From positions 2,047,042-2,111,041 of the forward strand of contig MU008165.1 of the NCBI GenBank assembly GCA_010909165.1: a stretch of DNA of 64,000 nucleotides, read 5' to 3'. Origin of the DNA: Anthoceros angustus. Lineage: Eukaryota > Plantae > Anthocerotophyta. Position numbers and translations under genes: made by a program. How positions within the stretch are numbered: position 1 is the stretch's first letter; every line of letters begins with the position of its first letter. This document shows, piece after piece, positions 1 to 11,408 of the stretch. The notes beneath the pieces were generated by a model. That model was not told the origin of the DNA. It ran no database searches and saw only the letters and a program-made list of their open reading frames with translations.

Positions 1-446
1 CGTCCTGAGTAGGCCCTTTGACCTCCTTGGCCCTTTTCGCCACCAGCTCCTTCTCCGCACGTCTCCACTTAGGGTCGGGCGGACGTGAGGGAGTTCGGGA
101 ACTAGCCCGCTTTCCTCTCCTCGTAGGGGATAGGACCGGCTCTAGGTGGGGTTCTTGATGACCCTTGCCGTGGGCGTCTCGCCCTTCTTCTTGCCTCTTC
201 GCCTCCACCACTCGGTCGGCAGGTAAGCTGAGTCCTTGAGACGGCAGGTGGGGTTGTGTGCTTCCTCTTCCATCTCCCTTCTCGTCTCACGGCTCGGCGG
301 TGTCATGCCGCAGTGATATTAATCTACTTGGCTTAGTGTTTGATTAGCATTAATTAATCTAATTACTTATCTTTAAGTAAGTAGTATTAATTAATCTAAG
401 GTGCTTATGTTAATTAAGCATTGATTAGTGTTAATTAAACATGGTT

Positions 447-575
447 AGCTAAGTGGATAAGCTCCAATATGCTTTGGCATATTCCTTGCATATTATAGTG
501 TATTCTTAGGATACAATAGCTAAGTGGATAAGCTCAAGTAATATGCTTTGGCATATTCCTTGCATATTATAGTGT
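447..575. repeat. ~70-bp direct repeat, 2 copies
   Basis: agctaagtggataagctc..aatatgctttggcatattccttgcatattatagtgt occurs at ~447 and ~518. Confidence 0.8.
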
Positions 576-894
576 CAAAGCATATTACTTGCATATTATA
601 GTGTATTCTTAGGATATTTCTGGCATATGCTGATGCCAATAGGATATCTTAGGAATATGCCGATGCTAGGGTCTAGTATATCTAGACCCTTCCATTGAGG
701 ACAAGCTCAGATCATAGCTTGTCCTCTAGATATGCAATGCAAGAGCGTTGTGAGGAGGCCAAAGGCGACCCGAGAGCTGTGAGGAATTTGCGTGTTGTTC
801 TGGGAGAGTGTTTGTGCCACGACGTGCGAGCTACTTCCTCCTGTGACTATGATCTCGTGTGTGTACACTAGATAGGCCGTGCTAGGCTTAGTGT

Positions 895-995
895 GATGCT
901 AGGCGATGCTAGGCGATGCTAGGCGACGCTAGGCAATGCTAGACGATGCTAGGCGATGCTAGGTGACGCTAGGCGATGCTAGGCCGTGCTAGGCG
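895..995. repeat. 10-bp minisatellite (GATGCTAGGC)n, ~10 copies
   Basis: Directly visible tandem units gatgctaggc/gacgctaggc/aatgctagac. Confidence 0.9.
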
Positions 996-1818
996 AGGCG
1001 ACGCTAGCTCTTTAAGCAAGTAGGCAAGGGACTCTTTAAAGTGTGCCCAAGGCTTGAGGCCACAAGTACTTTGCCCTGGCCACAAGTACTTGCCCCCCAC
1101 AGCAGATATCTATGGGATATATCGGCCATATGTGATGCCTTCATGTGACTGCGACCCTCATTCTCACGGCCCTTCACTTGCAGGGGATCCGTGATCTGGT
1201 ATTGTTGGGATTTCGTGCGGGTGCAGTTTATGCAGCACTTTGGTGGCGAAGGTTGTCTCCTGGCACATCTGCGGTGATTGGAAGTGGGAAAACGGGCTGA
1301 TCTTCTCCACAGTGTATATCGGCATTATTCTCGCTATTTATCGAACGGGTGTACTCGAACACTTGCCAACAGACTAAGGCGCTCTGCTTCATTTGTTGGC
1401 TTTGACCTGGCCCACACCGGCTCGAGCCTACCCTGGAGTGATTTGTTATGGGTTCTGACTTGCTGGAAGGCAGCATGCAAGGTCCATTGCCTACAGGGGT
1501 TACTGCGTATTGACGGATTCCAAGGAGTATTCAGAATCACAAGCTCCCTCGTCCAAAGGTGCAAGGTGCAAAAATAAAATCGACAGATTATTCAAGTCCT
1601 TCCAAACGGATATTAAAAGTTGCAATCGATCTTCCGCTTCCCAGTCGAAAGTTACATGAGTAAGTCAAGTCCAAGTTTCCAAGCAACTTTTTCAAGACAA
1701 AATTCAGTCTCAAGAGCTGGACATTGCTGCACTCCAAAAGAAGCTGGATCTTCAACTTCCAACAATACAAGCAGATCTAGTCCAGCATCGGCACCAAATT
1801 GCTTCCCTCAACAAGCAA

Positions 1819-2631
1819 TTGCCTACCTACTTGCCCAAGACGGCTGTTCCTCAGCTGAAATCAGATTTCCTGGAACATCACCAGCATCATATGGATTCTT
1901 TCAAGCAGGATCTTTCTACAGATTATATGCTCAACAAGGAGATGCCACAATTCAGAGAGGACCTCATGCACCGTGCCTCCACTTCTATGGATGCCAAGTG
2001 CTTGGTCAAACAATTTGTGCAAAGAGAATTGCAGGACCTATCTGGTAAATTGTCTATTTCAAAGCTCGAAGTGGCAGACCACATTTACGCAACCAAACAA
2101 TTCGTTACAGCGGAGGTGGAAAAGTTGGGCAATGGCTTGGTTCAGGCCCCAATCCTGCCTGCTGCTGCTCCTCAGAGCCTGCCAGGCTCGCCTTCAGACG
2201 CAGTGAATGCAACTATTGTTGAATCTCAGGAGCGGATGAAGCGCTCCCTTAATCTCCGAGTGACAGGCTTACGGAATTCTGGAACTGCGCAGGAGGTGGT
2301 GTCTGAGTTCCTAGCCACTAAGCTCCAACTACCTCGAATATCCTTCCAGAATGCTTGGCTCGTTGGGAAGGACCCTGGTCGCCCAACTGTTTTCCTCATC
2401 CGTTTCTACTCTGTCCAGGATCGGCTCCAAGTCTTGCGGGCCCGCACTAATTTGCGGGGCCAAAATATTTTTATCGCAGATGATTTAACCAAGTTGCAGG
2501 TCAAGACCAAGTATGCCCAGATGCCTGCCTTCAGGGAGGCTCGGGCGGCGGGGAAAATCGCATTTTTCCATGGGGACCGTCTGTTTATCAAGGATGCCAC
2601 AAGCATCCAGGATGGGCTGCCGGACTTATGA
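1819..2631 (+). CDS. LINE ORF1p: coiled coil plus L1/Transposase_22-like RRM and C-terminal domain
   Basis: Motifs KRSLNLRVTGL, RPTVFLIRF, IFIADDLT, GKIAFFHGDRLFI resemble L1/CR1/RTEX-type ORF1p. The frame extends upstream to ~1459 with one TGA at 1657. Confidence 0.75.
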   Translation: MPTYLPKTAVPQLKSDFLEHHQHHMDSFKQDLSTDYMLNKEMPQFREDLMHRASTSMDAKCLVKQFVQRELQDLSGKLSISKLEVADHIYATKQFVTAEVEKLGNGLVQAPILPAAAPQSLPGSPSDAVNATIVESQERMKRSLNLRVTGLRNSGTAQEVVSEFLATKLQLPRISFQNAWLVGKDPGRPTVFLIRFYSVQDRLQVLRARTNLRGQNIFIADDLTKLQVKTKYAQMPAFREARAAGKIAFFHGDRLFIKDATSIQDGLPDL

Positions 2632-4295
2632 GGTCTGCGGCCCGCAAGGCCCACTCCGGGTCCATCCTTAGGATGGCTTCCTGGAATTGCAATGGTTCTT
2701 TATGGGCACAACCAGGTGGTATGCTCCACCTTACAGCGGGCCACGACTTGATCTTTCTCACGGAAACTCACGAACACCGGGCAGAAATCTTCCCACTTTT
2801 CCCAATTTCCTTTCCTTCTCTTTATTCAGGAATTATGTTTCTTCCAAGACACCCAAAGCTGCGGGTGGTGTGGCTTGCTTTTTCCGATCTTCTCTCTCAC
2901 AATTCATCACTGTGGTAAGGGAGGACTCTTTGGCGAGAGTTTTGTGGATCAGGGTCTCGGCAATGATTCTTCCATCTAATCGTCATTTATTCATAGCATG
3001 TTGCTATTTTCCACCTCAGGGTTCTCCCCATGCCAAAGGCCAGCCTCCTATGACATTTCAAGACCTTTCAGAAGATCTCATGCATTTTATGCCTCTTGGG
3101 GATATCTTGTTGGTTGGAGACTTTAATGCTTGGACATCCTCCGAGCAATCTCCTATCTATGCACCGGATGACCAACAAAAGTTATTCCCGCTTGATCTTG
3201 CTGAGGTTGGCCTCCAGAGACGGTCTGATGATCCGCACCAGGTTAATGTTTTTGGCAGGGCTCTTCTCAACCTGGTGGAGTCGCACAGCCTATTTATTTT
3301 CAATGGACTTCCTCAATGGCCTGGGAGCGAGAGGATTACCCACTATGCTCCTTCAGGTCAACTTCCTGCTGTCCTTGATTACGTCATTGGAGAGGCTTCC
3401 TTTCTTTCTTGTTCACCAATTGCGGTCTCGACTTCAAGCCTCTTGAGTCGACCATGTCTTCATTCTTGGCATATATCCTATGACAAACGATGCTGCTGCT
3501 CCAATCCCACAAGTCTTCTAGAGTCCACTTTTCCCTCAACCATCGTCTTGCTTCCCAATACTCCTCTCTTCTAAAAAGTCCTTGTGCCATTCCTCTTGGC
3601 CTTCCCTTCTCCCAACAAGCCCTTTGCCTTCACTTACGCCATGCTATCTTACGCATAAAATCTTTCCCCTAAACCTTGTCATCTGTCAAGCTCTCCAACC
3701 TGCTCCTCGCCACCCTTGGTTTGATGATGAATGCAAACGTCTCCGCTTTCATACTCATAAGTGCCTCCGTGCTCTCAATGTCCCATCCAAGTCTCATCAT
3801 TCCCCGCTGTACAAGGCTATTGTCAAGCCTTATAAGGCTCTTATTGCTGTCAAAAAGTCTGCTTTCTTTTCCTCCCAGCGTGATCGCCTCTTGAGGCTTC
3901 TCAGAGAATCTCCTGGTGGTGCTGCTTTTTGGAAGGAGTTTCACTCTCATCGAACAATCTTATTGGAGGCCTCTCCTGAGCTTATCAAGTATGTGCAAAC
4001 TCTCTTCTTAGAATCTGTTCCCCTTGTGAGTCTCGGGATCACAGGATCAAGCATTCCTCGACCTCATTCGGCTATCAACAAACTCGGATCTGGGAGAGCC
4101 TCGACCTGCGGATATCCACGGAGAACTTTTCTCTTATGCTCCTCATTGTGCCCCTCCCTTAGCTTTGTTCAATGAGGCTTTAGTCCATGGTTTTCCTGAG
4201 GCATGGTGTTGGAATGACATTCATTCCATCTTCAAGACAGGTGACCCACAGCTCCCGCCCAACTACAGGTATATCATGGTTGAGTCCATCTTCGC
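2628..4295 (+). pseudogene. LINE ORF2 5' part: apurinic-like endonuclease, linker and start of RT (frameshifted)
   Basis: SWNCNG, LIFLTETH, GGVACF, CYFPP, GDFNA, VLDY, PWFDDECK, IFKTGD..NYRYI spread over several frames. Confidence 0.9.
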
Positions 4296-5126
4296 TGTGG
4301 TAGGGAAAACCCGGGGCACTCCCGAGGTCCTCCCACTATAGCGGCCACACTTATCCCACTGTCGCTTCGTACGTTGGGTTTCGTCCCATGAGACTTGTGT
4401 GAAAATTCGAGGCCTTGTGGTACCAATCGCTACCTGCAGAGACACAACTTCTCGGCCTTCTAAACAAGCAAGGCGCCCTCTACTCTCCCTCTTCTTGCGG
4501 TGCACCGCACCTTTGCTCGAAAAATCACCAATCCTCGACCTACAGCGACACAACACTTGCAGGTCTGCCTTAGCGTGAGGAGCCTATCACGGGCGCCCAG
4601 GACCCCCGATCCACACGCGATTTCGTCCCTACTTCTAAGACCACTCTTCTCCACTCGGGGAGCTCTTTTACTTGCAGTTGGGATTCGTCCCTTAGGCTGC
4701 ACTGTGGCCTTCCACTAACACCTACACCTCTAATCCTCTACTCATCTTCTCATCTCCTCATCCTCTTCCTCCTATTCTAACCTCGATTCGGGCTTCTTGG
4801 TTTCGACTTTACAGCTGGCTCACAGGTCGGCCTCCACCAAGTTCTTCCTTGGGCGGTTGCTATGAGTTTGACACGTGAGAACCTCCGAGTCTTTCCTGTA
4901 GTCTACCCTCAAGCCGAGTTCTGGGCATTTGCCACACACCCAAAGCAAAGCAATTTCACGGCAACCATTCACAAGGGAGCAACTCGTTTAGGCACTTGCG
5001 GTGAGCAAGTCCTCCACCAAGCACTCCGACCACCGCGACTTCCTCTCTACGGACTGCGTTGGCTCAGACGGATGGAATTTGTATGGCAAAGGCAAGACAT
5101 GATACTTTACTTTGTGAAATCCTCCT

Positions 5127-5139
5127 CCTCTTATAGGAG
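5127..5139 (-). promoter_or_regulatory. Putative LTR TATA box (CTCCTATAAGAGG), near the U3/R boundary
   Basis: The same 13-mer occurs at 12397-12409 in the second LTR at a similar distance (0.84 vs 1.0 kb) from the LTR 3' end. Confidence 0.6.
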
Positions 5140-5639
5140 GCCTTCCACATACAACCTCCCTTAGGTGACCCTCTGCGGTCACCTTTTCCAATTTTCTATT
5201 ATTTCCTACAGACATTTAATGTATGGCACCTAAATCTATTATGCATCCTTGGTAAATTCTATTCTAGTAACTTCACCTAAGACCATCCTTAAGGATGTCG
5301 GACATCACCTATCCTTCCTATTCCCCAAAGCTCATTTATGGTCATTGACCATTCTAGTCTTCACCTCTGGGGTGGGGACATGCCCTTGTGGATTGGCTCC
5401 CTCGCCCTCCTTTTGCTCTGTCCCTTCCCGGATCTTGTCATCTTCCTAATGTGTGGGGCAAGTACAATCTGCCTTCCCGTCCCCTTCCTAATGTGTGGGG
5501 CAAGTACAATCTGCCCTTCCTCCATCTCCAGGGCGCTCTCCATCATCGCCCCTCCGGCCTCGCGCCTTCCTCGCCCTGGCGCCCTTCTCGGCCTCCGCGG
5601 TAGTCGCGCGGACTACGGTAGTGACTACGGTAGTGACTA

Positions 5640-7845
5640 CTTGGTACCTTCTCCTTCCTTCCTCTCTTCTTCCTCCGGTGATGTCTTGGGTTGAATCTTT
5701 TGCTCCTTCCTTTGTTTTGTCCATACCTATCATGGAGCATCTTCAAAATCTTCCCCATTGTCATGTTTACTAATCTCTCGGGCCTTCTTGCGTTGGTCTC
5801 CTCTCGGCTGGCTCCTTCCCTTGCTCGTGGGGAGAACTTCTCACCCTCCTTCTTCCTCGGTCGGACCCCCTCTCCTCCGGTGGGGTTGTCTCCCCCACCT
5901 CCTCTTCCTCCTTCTTCCTCTCCGGCCCCTTCATCGGCCCGCGGCCCGACTCCCCCGATCTCAGCGCCCGTGGGCTGCCTACCGGTAGTCAGCGGACTAC
6001 CGGTAGTCAGCGGACTACGGTAGTGGTCTGGTGGTGACCCCAGGAGGCTTTCCCCCTCCTTGCTCTGCGCCATCTTCCTTTGGCGCTCGCGCCTCCTTCA
6101 CCTCGACTCCTCAGTTCCTCGGAGTCCATCACATCAAAATCGGAGGCCTCACTGCACTGTTGCAGCTCCTTCATCATCATGAGGACCCAATGTCCTCCTC
6201 TTGGCCAACGCAGATCTCATTGTTGGCCTTCAAAATCTATTGTGGAGGGCCCCAAGCTGATGCATTTGGAGATCATCAATCTCAGTGGGCCACTCTCCAT
6301 CTTCACACCTACCTTTGTAGGCGTCCCTCTGAGGTGGTCAATTCCCCACCTTGACATGGAGGTCACATTCTCCTCCCTTGCTTCCTTATTTGGTGGCCAA
6401 TTTTGCACGAAGGGCATAATCACGCCCAAAACCTTCCTTCCTCACCATTCTATGTACCACCTTCTTGTGGTACTCCTCCTCTGGAACCTCCTTTGTTCCA
6501 AGTCCTCTATTTTGAGCAAGCCCTTCCTCTCCTTGCCAAGCATCTTTCGCTCCGGCTCTGGTCTTGGTGAATTTCAGCTCGGCGCTTCTCTTCCAAATCA
6601 GGGTCTTCTCAACTCTTCCTTCATGTCCGGATGATGGCTTGGTAGCCATCACTGCTCTTGCGTCCATTGCGAGACCTTCTCCTTCCTAGTGCCTGTTTTG
6701 CCCTTTTCTCCTCGCACCTGGCGCGCCTCTCGGCCGCGGTGATGCGGCTTGGTGACTACCCTACATGGTGGTAACTTTCTACTGGTATCTTCAGTATCTT
6801 CTTCTTCTTCTTCCTCCGGTGATGTCCATACCTATCATGGAGCATCTTCATCTTCCTTTGTTTGATTTGTCCATACCTATCATGGAGCATCTTCAAAATC
6901 TTCCCCATTGTGATGTTGACTCCTAATCTCCGGGCCTTCTTTGTTGGTCTCCTCCTGGCCTTCCTTGCTCGTGGGGAGAACTTCTCACCCTCCTTCTTCC
7001 TCCGGCCTTCTTGTGGTACTCCTCCTCTCCTCGGTGGGGTTGTCTCTCCCACCACCTCCTCTTCTCCGCCTCTGGGGCCCCCTTCATCGGCCCGGCGACT
7101 CCCCTAGCGGCGTGGTGGGTGCTTGCTACCGGTAGTCAGCGGACTACGTGGTAATAGTGGTCTGTCACCTGGTAGGTTGACCCCGGAGGTGGGCTTTCCC
7201 CCTCCTTGCTCTGCGCCATCTTCCTTGGCGCGCTCTCACCTCTCCGACTCCTCAGTTCCTCGAGTCCGGCCTCATCAAAATCGGAGGCCTCTGCACTGTT
7301 GCAGCTCCTTCTGTCATCATCATGAGGACCCAATGTCCTCCTCTTGGCCAAGATCTCATTGTTGGCCTTCAAAATCTATTGTGGTGGGCCCCAAGCTGAT
7401 GTGCATTTGGAGATCATCAATCTCCATGGGCCACTCTCCATCTCACACCTACCTTTGTAGGCGTCCCTTGGTGGTCAATTCCCCACCTTGACATGGAGGT
7501 TACATTCTCCTCCCTTGCTTCCCCTTTGGTGGCCAATTTTGCACGAAGGGCATAATCACAAAATCCCCGCTTCCTTACTACCATTCTATGTACCACCTTC
7601 TTGTGGTACTCCTCCTCTGGAACCTCCTTTGTTCCAAGTCCTCTATTTTGAGCAAGCCCTTCCTCTCCTTGCCAAGCATCTTTCGCTCCGGCTCTGGTCT
7701 TGGTGAATTTCAGCTCGGCGCTTCTCTTCCAAATCAGGGTCTTCTCAACTCTTCCTTCATGTCCGGATGATGGCTTGGTAGCCATCACTGCTCTTGCGTC
7801 CATTGCGAGACCTTCTCCTTCCTAGTGCCTGTTTTGCCCTTTCTT
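5640..7845. repeat. ~1.1-kb tandem duplication inside the solo LTR (5640-6720 vs ~6790-7845)
   Basis: Near-identical blocks differing mainly by small indels. Confidence 0.8.
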
Positions 7846-9440
7846 GCTCTAATTGGGCAAAATGCTCCTCCGCCTTTTGCCTGAATCCCTTGGGTTGTTG
7901 CTCGAATGGCTCTTTCTTGGTTTGTGACCTTCCCTCAGGACCTTTTCCTTGCGCTCATCCATGAGGTCGGCTGGAGCTTCTCTGACCTTTCCAACTTGGC
8001 TGCCTTTTCGTCGGACTCCATGGCCTCCAATTGCCATTTGGTCCTGCCTTCCCGCCATGTCTTGAGCTTTCACTTCCTCTTGGCATGCCCACAAGGAGGC
8101 TGCTAGCTCCCTAGCCCCTTCAAATCCACATGGTGAGTGCTTCACAAGCACTCGGCAATTCTCCTAGGGTCCTAATTCCACCCCTTTCTTCTTCTTTGGA
8201 AATCTCCAGCTCTCCGCCTCTCCATCAGCGGCCAGTCCCTCACGTCGCTCCATCCGCTCTCCACCAGCGGAGATGGTGGCCTAGCGCCGCCCGGCTCTGT
8301 TTCTCCTTCCCTTCCACCGTGGGCTGCACTACGTGGTGCACCCCCTGTGGTGTGCTCCAGCGGTGATGCGCCTACCTACCATGGTGGGCGCCTACCACGG
8401 TAGTCCGCCCACCCCTTGGGTGTGCCTCCCTGGGGTAGGTGAGATCTGGGCACCCAATGGTGGGGACTCCCCCACCCAGGCGTAGTTCTCTCATAGACTA
8501 CCATTGGCCTTCCTTGGCCGGTTCACTCCCTCCTCTTGCTTGCTCTTGTGGGGAAAGATTCCCACTCGGCAACCTTGCCATCTTCTCCTCTTGCCTAGCA
8601 TGCTTGTGGAGTCGACCTCCACTTCTTCCATAATGCAAAGGCAAGGCCTTTCCAAACCTCGGTGGAGATGGATGACCTCAAAGGGATGCCATGCATCTTC
8701 AAGCTCCTTGCTTGTGAGAAGTCCCTCTGCTTTCCCAAATGCACCAAATAGGTGCCGAGGCATGGCTCGGCCTTCCTCATCCACGAATTTGGCTTGAGGA
8801 GCTTCTCCGGTGGTGGATGTATGTTTATACATAATGGTTCCCCAATCCGCTATTCTATGGAAATCTTCCACAAAAATTGGAGGAAGTTGGTGCGAATAAG
8901 TTCTGGTAATTCACCAACCCCAGCACAATCTTTGCAAAGAGCCTCCACGTCAGCTCCTTGATGCTCTCTGTTTTCCAGCCATTCTTGGCGTGGGCCTTCA
9001 CCCCTCCATCCATCATGTCAAGGAACTCTTGTGGGATTTCGGAGAGGGCCGTCCTCTTCCCTCCATTCGACCTTTCGAGGAGAGCAATTCGAGCTCTCCT
9101 CCTCTCCATACACTGCCAATGCTTTTACGGTCCAAAGAAGGGGATCCGCTCGAGCATTCCTTTTCCTAACGCGCAGGGTCGCTCGATTGATGGAGATTGA
9201 TGAAGCACTCAATCAACTCCAAATTGGTGTAGGCCCATTGGCGGCCATACACCCATCCCAATTGGATGTTCTCTTCCGCAAAATTAACCCACCAAGTCTC
9301 GGGGTTGAGCTGCAAGAACGTAGAATTGAGGCATCAAAAGCTCGCCTCCCGGGCGGCGCAATACCTGCTTTTTGCCCTTCCTCCTTCGAAGAGGAACCTT
9401 GGCGCCTTTTCCCTTGCCTTTCCTTTCCTCCTCGAGGCAT
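6780..9440 (-). pseudogene. LTR-encoded accessory ORF (family A), frameshifted in this assembly; unknown function
   Basis: Starts MPRGG; motifs LGWVYGRQWAYTNLELIE, KNGWKTESIKELTWRLF, ADWG, a charged coil, ENVT, EWP and LGPHDD are shared with the ORF in the second LTR. 3' end approximate. Confidence 0.6.
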
Positions 9441-10270
9441 GGCAATGCCTTCCTTCCCAAATGTTTCAGGTGGAAGAGATTATTTTCCGATTCGGATACT
9501 ACCAACCTCGTGCTCGCTTCCTGGTGCTCCTCCTTCCGAGCTAGAAGCTAGGGCCCAAACAAACACCACGGCAGCATCGGGCAGCCTTCGAATCACTCTC
9601 GCCTCCTTCCAAAGGCGCCTGCCACCCTGCACTCGGCCGCCACTGGTGCTCCAACTTTCACCGCCGCCCTCCTTGGTGTTTTCCTGCCTCCGGCGCTCAC
9701 ACCCTCACCCGCTCCACCTCCTTTCCTTTCCTTCTTCGCCAATCACTGGAGCTAGGGTTTTCTAGCCTTCAACGCACAAACACTGCCTTCTTCTCGCGCC
9801 TTTCCTTCCTCGGCGGCGATGGCGATGGCGGCTTCCTTCCTTTCCTCACCTCGAGGCATGGCAATGCCTCCTTCCCAAATGTTTGAGAAGAGATTATTTT
9901 CCGATTCGGATACTACCAACCTCGCTCTGCTCTGTGCTCCTCCTTCTCACTAGAAGCTAGGGCCCTGAAACACCAGCAAGGTTAATTGTGAGGCTCTTGG
10001 CTTCACTCTCTCGCTTCCTCCTTCCAAAGGCGCCCTCGGCCCGGTCGGCCTCCTGGTCAAGCGCTCTGGTGCTCCAACTTTCACCGTCAGCCTCCCTTGG
10101 TGTTTTCCTAGCAGCTCCTGGCGCTTCTCACACTCCACAGCGACTGCCTCTTCTCCACCTCCTTTCCTTTCCTTCTCCAATCAGGAGCTAGGGTTTCCTT
10201 CTCCTTCAACGCACGCACTGCCTTCTTCGCCGCCTTCCTTCCTCTGGCGGCGATGGCGGCGGCTTCCTTC
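9420..10270. repeat. ~420-bp tandem duplication inside the solo LTR
   Basis: ctcgaggcatggcaatgcct...ggcggcttccttc occurs twice (~9430 and ~9850). Confidence 0.75.
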
Positions 10271-10493
10271 TCCTCTTGTGTTTACGCCCAGCCCAAGTGA
10301 AGTTGCTCACAAGGAGTTAAGCGCCCAAATTGCACTTTGCCTCTCCGATGTCCGCCAATCGGAGGCTTCTCAACCCTAGATTTGATTCATCATTCCAAAA
10401 TCCTAATTCTATCTAAACCGGCCTATTTCGTATTCCCGCTATTCCTAATTAATCGCTACTAATCACCCTATATGTTTATTCCCTATTGGTGAG

Positions 10494-10502
10494 CATATAT
10501 AG
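10494..10502 (-). promoter_or_regulatory. Putative upstream TATA (CTATATATG) for the LTR-internal ORF
   Basis: Same 9-mer upstream of the ORF in LTR B (19356-19364, duplicated at 18638-18646) and in the third copy (~63099-63107). Confidence 0.4.
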
Positions 10503-10858
10503 TGGATATCCCCTATATTCATTGCTTTTCTGGCCGAGATCCTGGCTACCACTGCGGTAGTCTACCCACTGGTAGTCTGCTCCTTTCTCGACCTACCGGC
10601 GTGGGGTGGCGACCTACGATGGTAGTCTCACACTTACCAATCTTCGACCGCCTCCCGCTCCGTCTGGGGGTCGTTTCGACCCGTTTTTCTTCCTGGGATA
10701 TCCTCTTCACATTCCTAACAATATTGTATGACTCCAGCTTCAAGATTCTCAGAAGTTTTCCTGGCATGCTTCTCTTCAATCGTTCCTAGCCAAAAAAAAA
10801 CAAAATTGTTCGTCTTTTGGCTAGTTTGGACTGGTTGCCCAAACTTTTACGTTCCACA

Positions 10859-11408
10859 TTCGCCAAGATCTTTAGCGCATGCTTGGAAATTCTCACTACT
10901 TCTTGGGCCGAGAATGCTGGAATCAGAGCACAGGGCCAAGCTGGGTTTCGTCCGGAGCGGAATACTCAGGGTAATCTTTTCACTCTCATTGCTATTATTA
11001 AGGAGGCCAAGAGCAAGCGGAGGGACGATCGACATGTTTATGTCTGTTTTGTTGATTTCAATGAGCTTCGTCTATCTCCCGAGAAATATTTGCCCGGTTT
11101 CATAGGTTGGGGTTGCCTACTCATCTTTTACATGCCATCTGGGTTCTCTATGAAAAGGTGAAGGCCAAGATCCACTCTTCTGTTGCTTTGACCTTTTGGA
11201 TTTTGCTTTGCAATTTGGAGACGTTAGAGATCCATCTTCTCCCAACTTATTTGGCTTGTTCGTTGATGACCTGGAGTCTTGGATTGCGGAGTCTGGGGAC
11301 CCCGGCTGCCTCCTCTCCTTGGTATATGTAGCTATTCTCCTGTATGCAGATGACATTGCTCTTTTGTCCCATTCTCCTGAGGGCCTCCAACAGCAACTAG
11401 ACACATTG
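10859..11408 (+). pseudogene. LINE reverse transcriptase fragment
   Basis: QAGFRPERNT, VYVCFVDF, SPNLFGLFVDDL, LLYADDIALLSHSPEGLQQQLD; continues the frame broken at 4295. Confidence 0.9.

Larger units (their letters stand above)
301..1160. mobile_element. Candidate LTR/solo-LTR-like segment (TGTCATG...CCCTCA), AT-rich with internal repeats
   Basis: Abrupt composition change at 301 starting TGTCATG and a CA end at 1160; internal short tandem repeats as often seen in LTRs. No matching TSD and no partner LTR in the window. Confidence 0.3.
4296..10858 (-). mobile_element. Giant solo LTR (family A) of a Ty3/Gypsy element, 6563 bp as assembled (~5 kb without internal duplications)
   Basis: TGTGG...CCACA termini; perfect 5-bp TSD TTCGC at 4291-4295 and 10859-10863; no internal gag/pol; both ends similar to the PPT-adjacent LTR at 11409-20013. 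Confidence 0.85.
1180..11408 (+). mobile_element. Non-LTR retrotransposon (LINE), RTE/RTEX-like, interrupted by LTR insertions at 4295/4296 and 11408/11409
   Basis: ORF1, APE endonuclease and RT in order; RT reads continuously across the removed insertion (NYRYIMVESIFA|KIFSACLE). 5' boundary approximate; 3' part not in window. Confidence 0.85.

Noticed and set aside
285-1170. TCTCACGGC on both sides of the 301-1160 segment as a TSD
   Set aside because: Not flush with the proposed termini, and the same motif also occurs at ~13031, so it is likely coincidental.
9031-9765. 244-aa plus-strand ORF, and similar plus-strand ORFs at 13686, 15454 and 18071
   Set aside because: Antisense shadows of the minus-strand LTR ORF; the conserved motifs are on the minus strand.
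4296-10858. DNA transposon with TIRs
   Set aside because: Only 5-bp TGTGG/CCACA ends with a 5-bp TSD, no transposase, and homology to a PPT-adjacent LTR.
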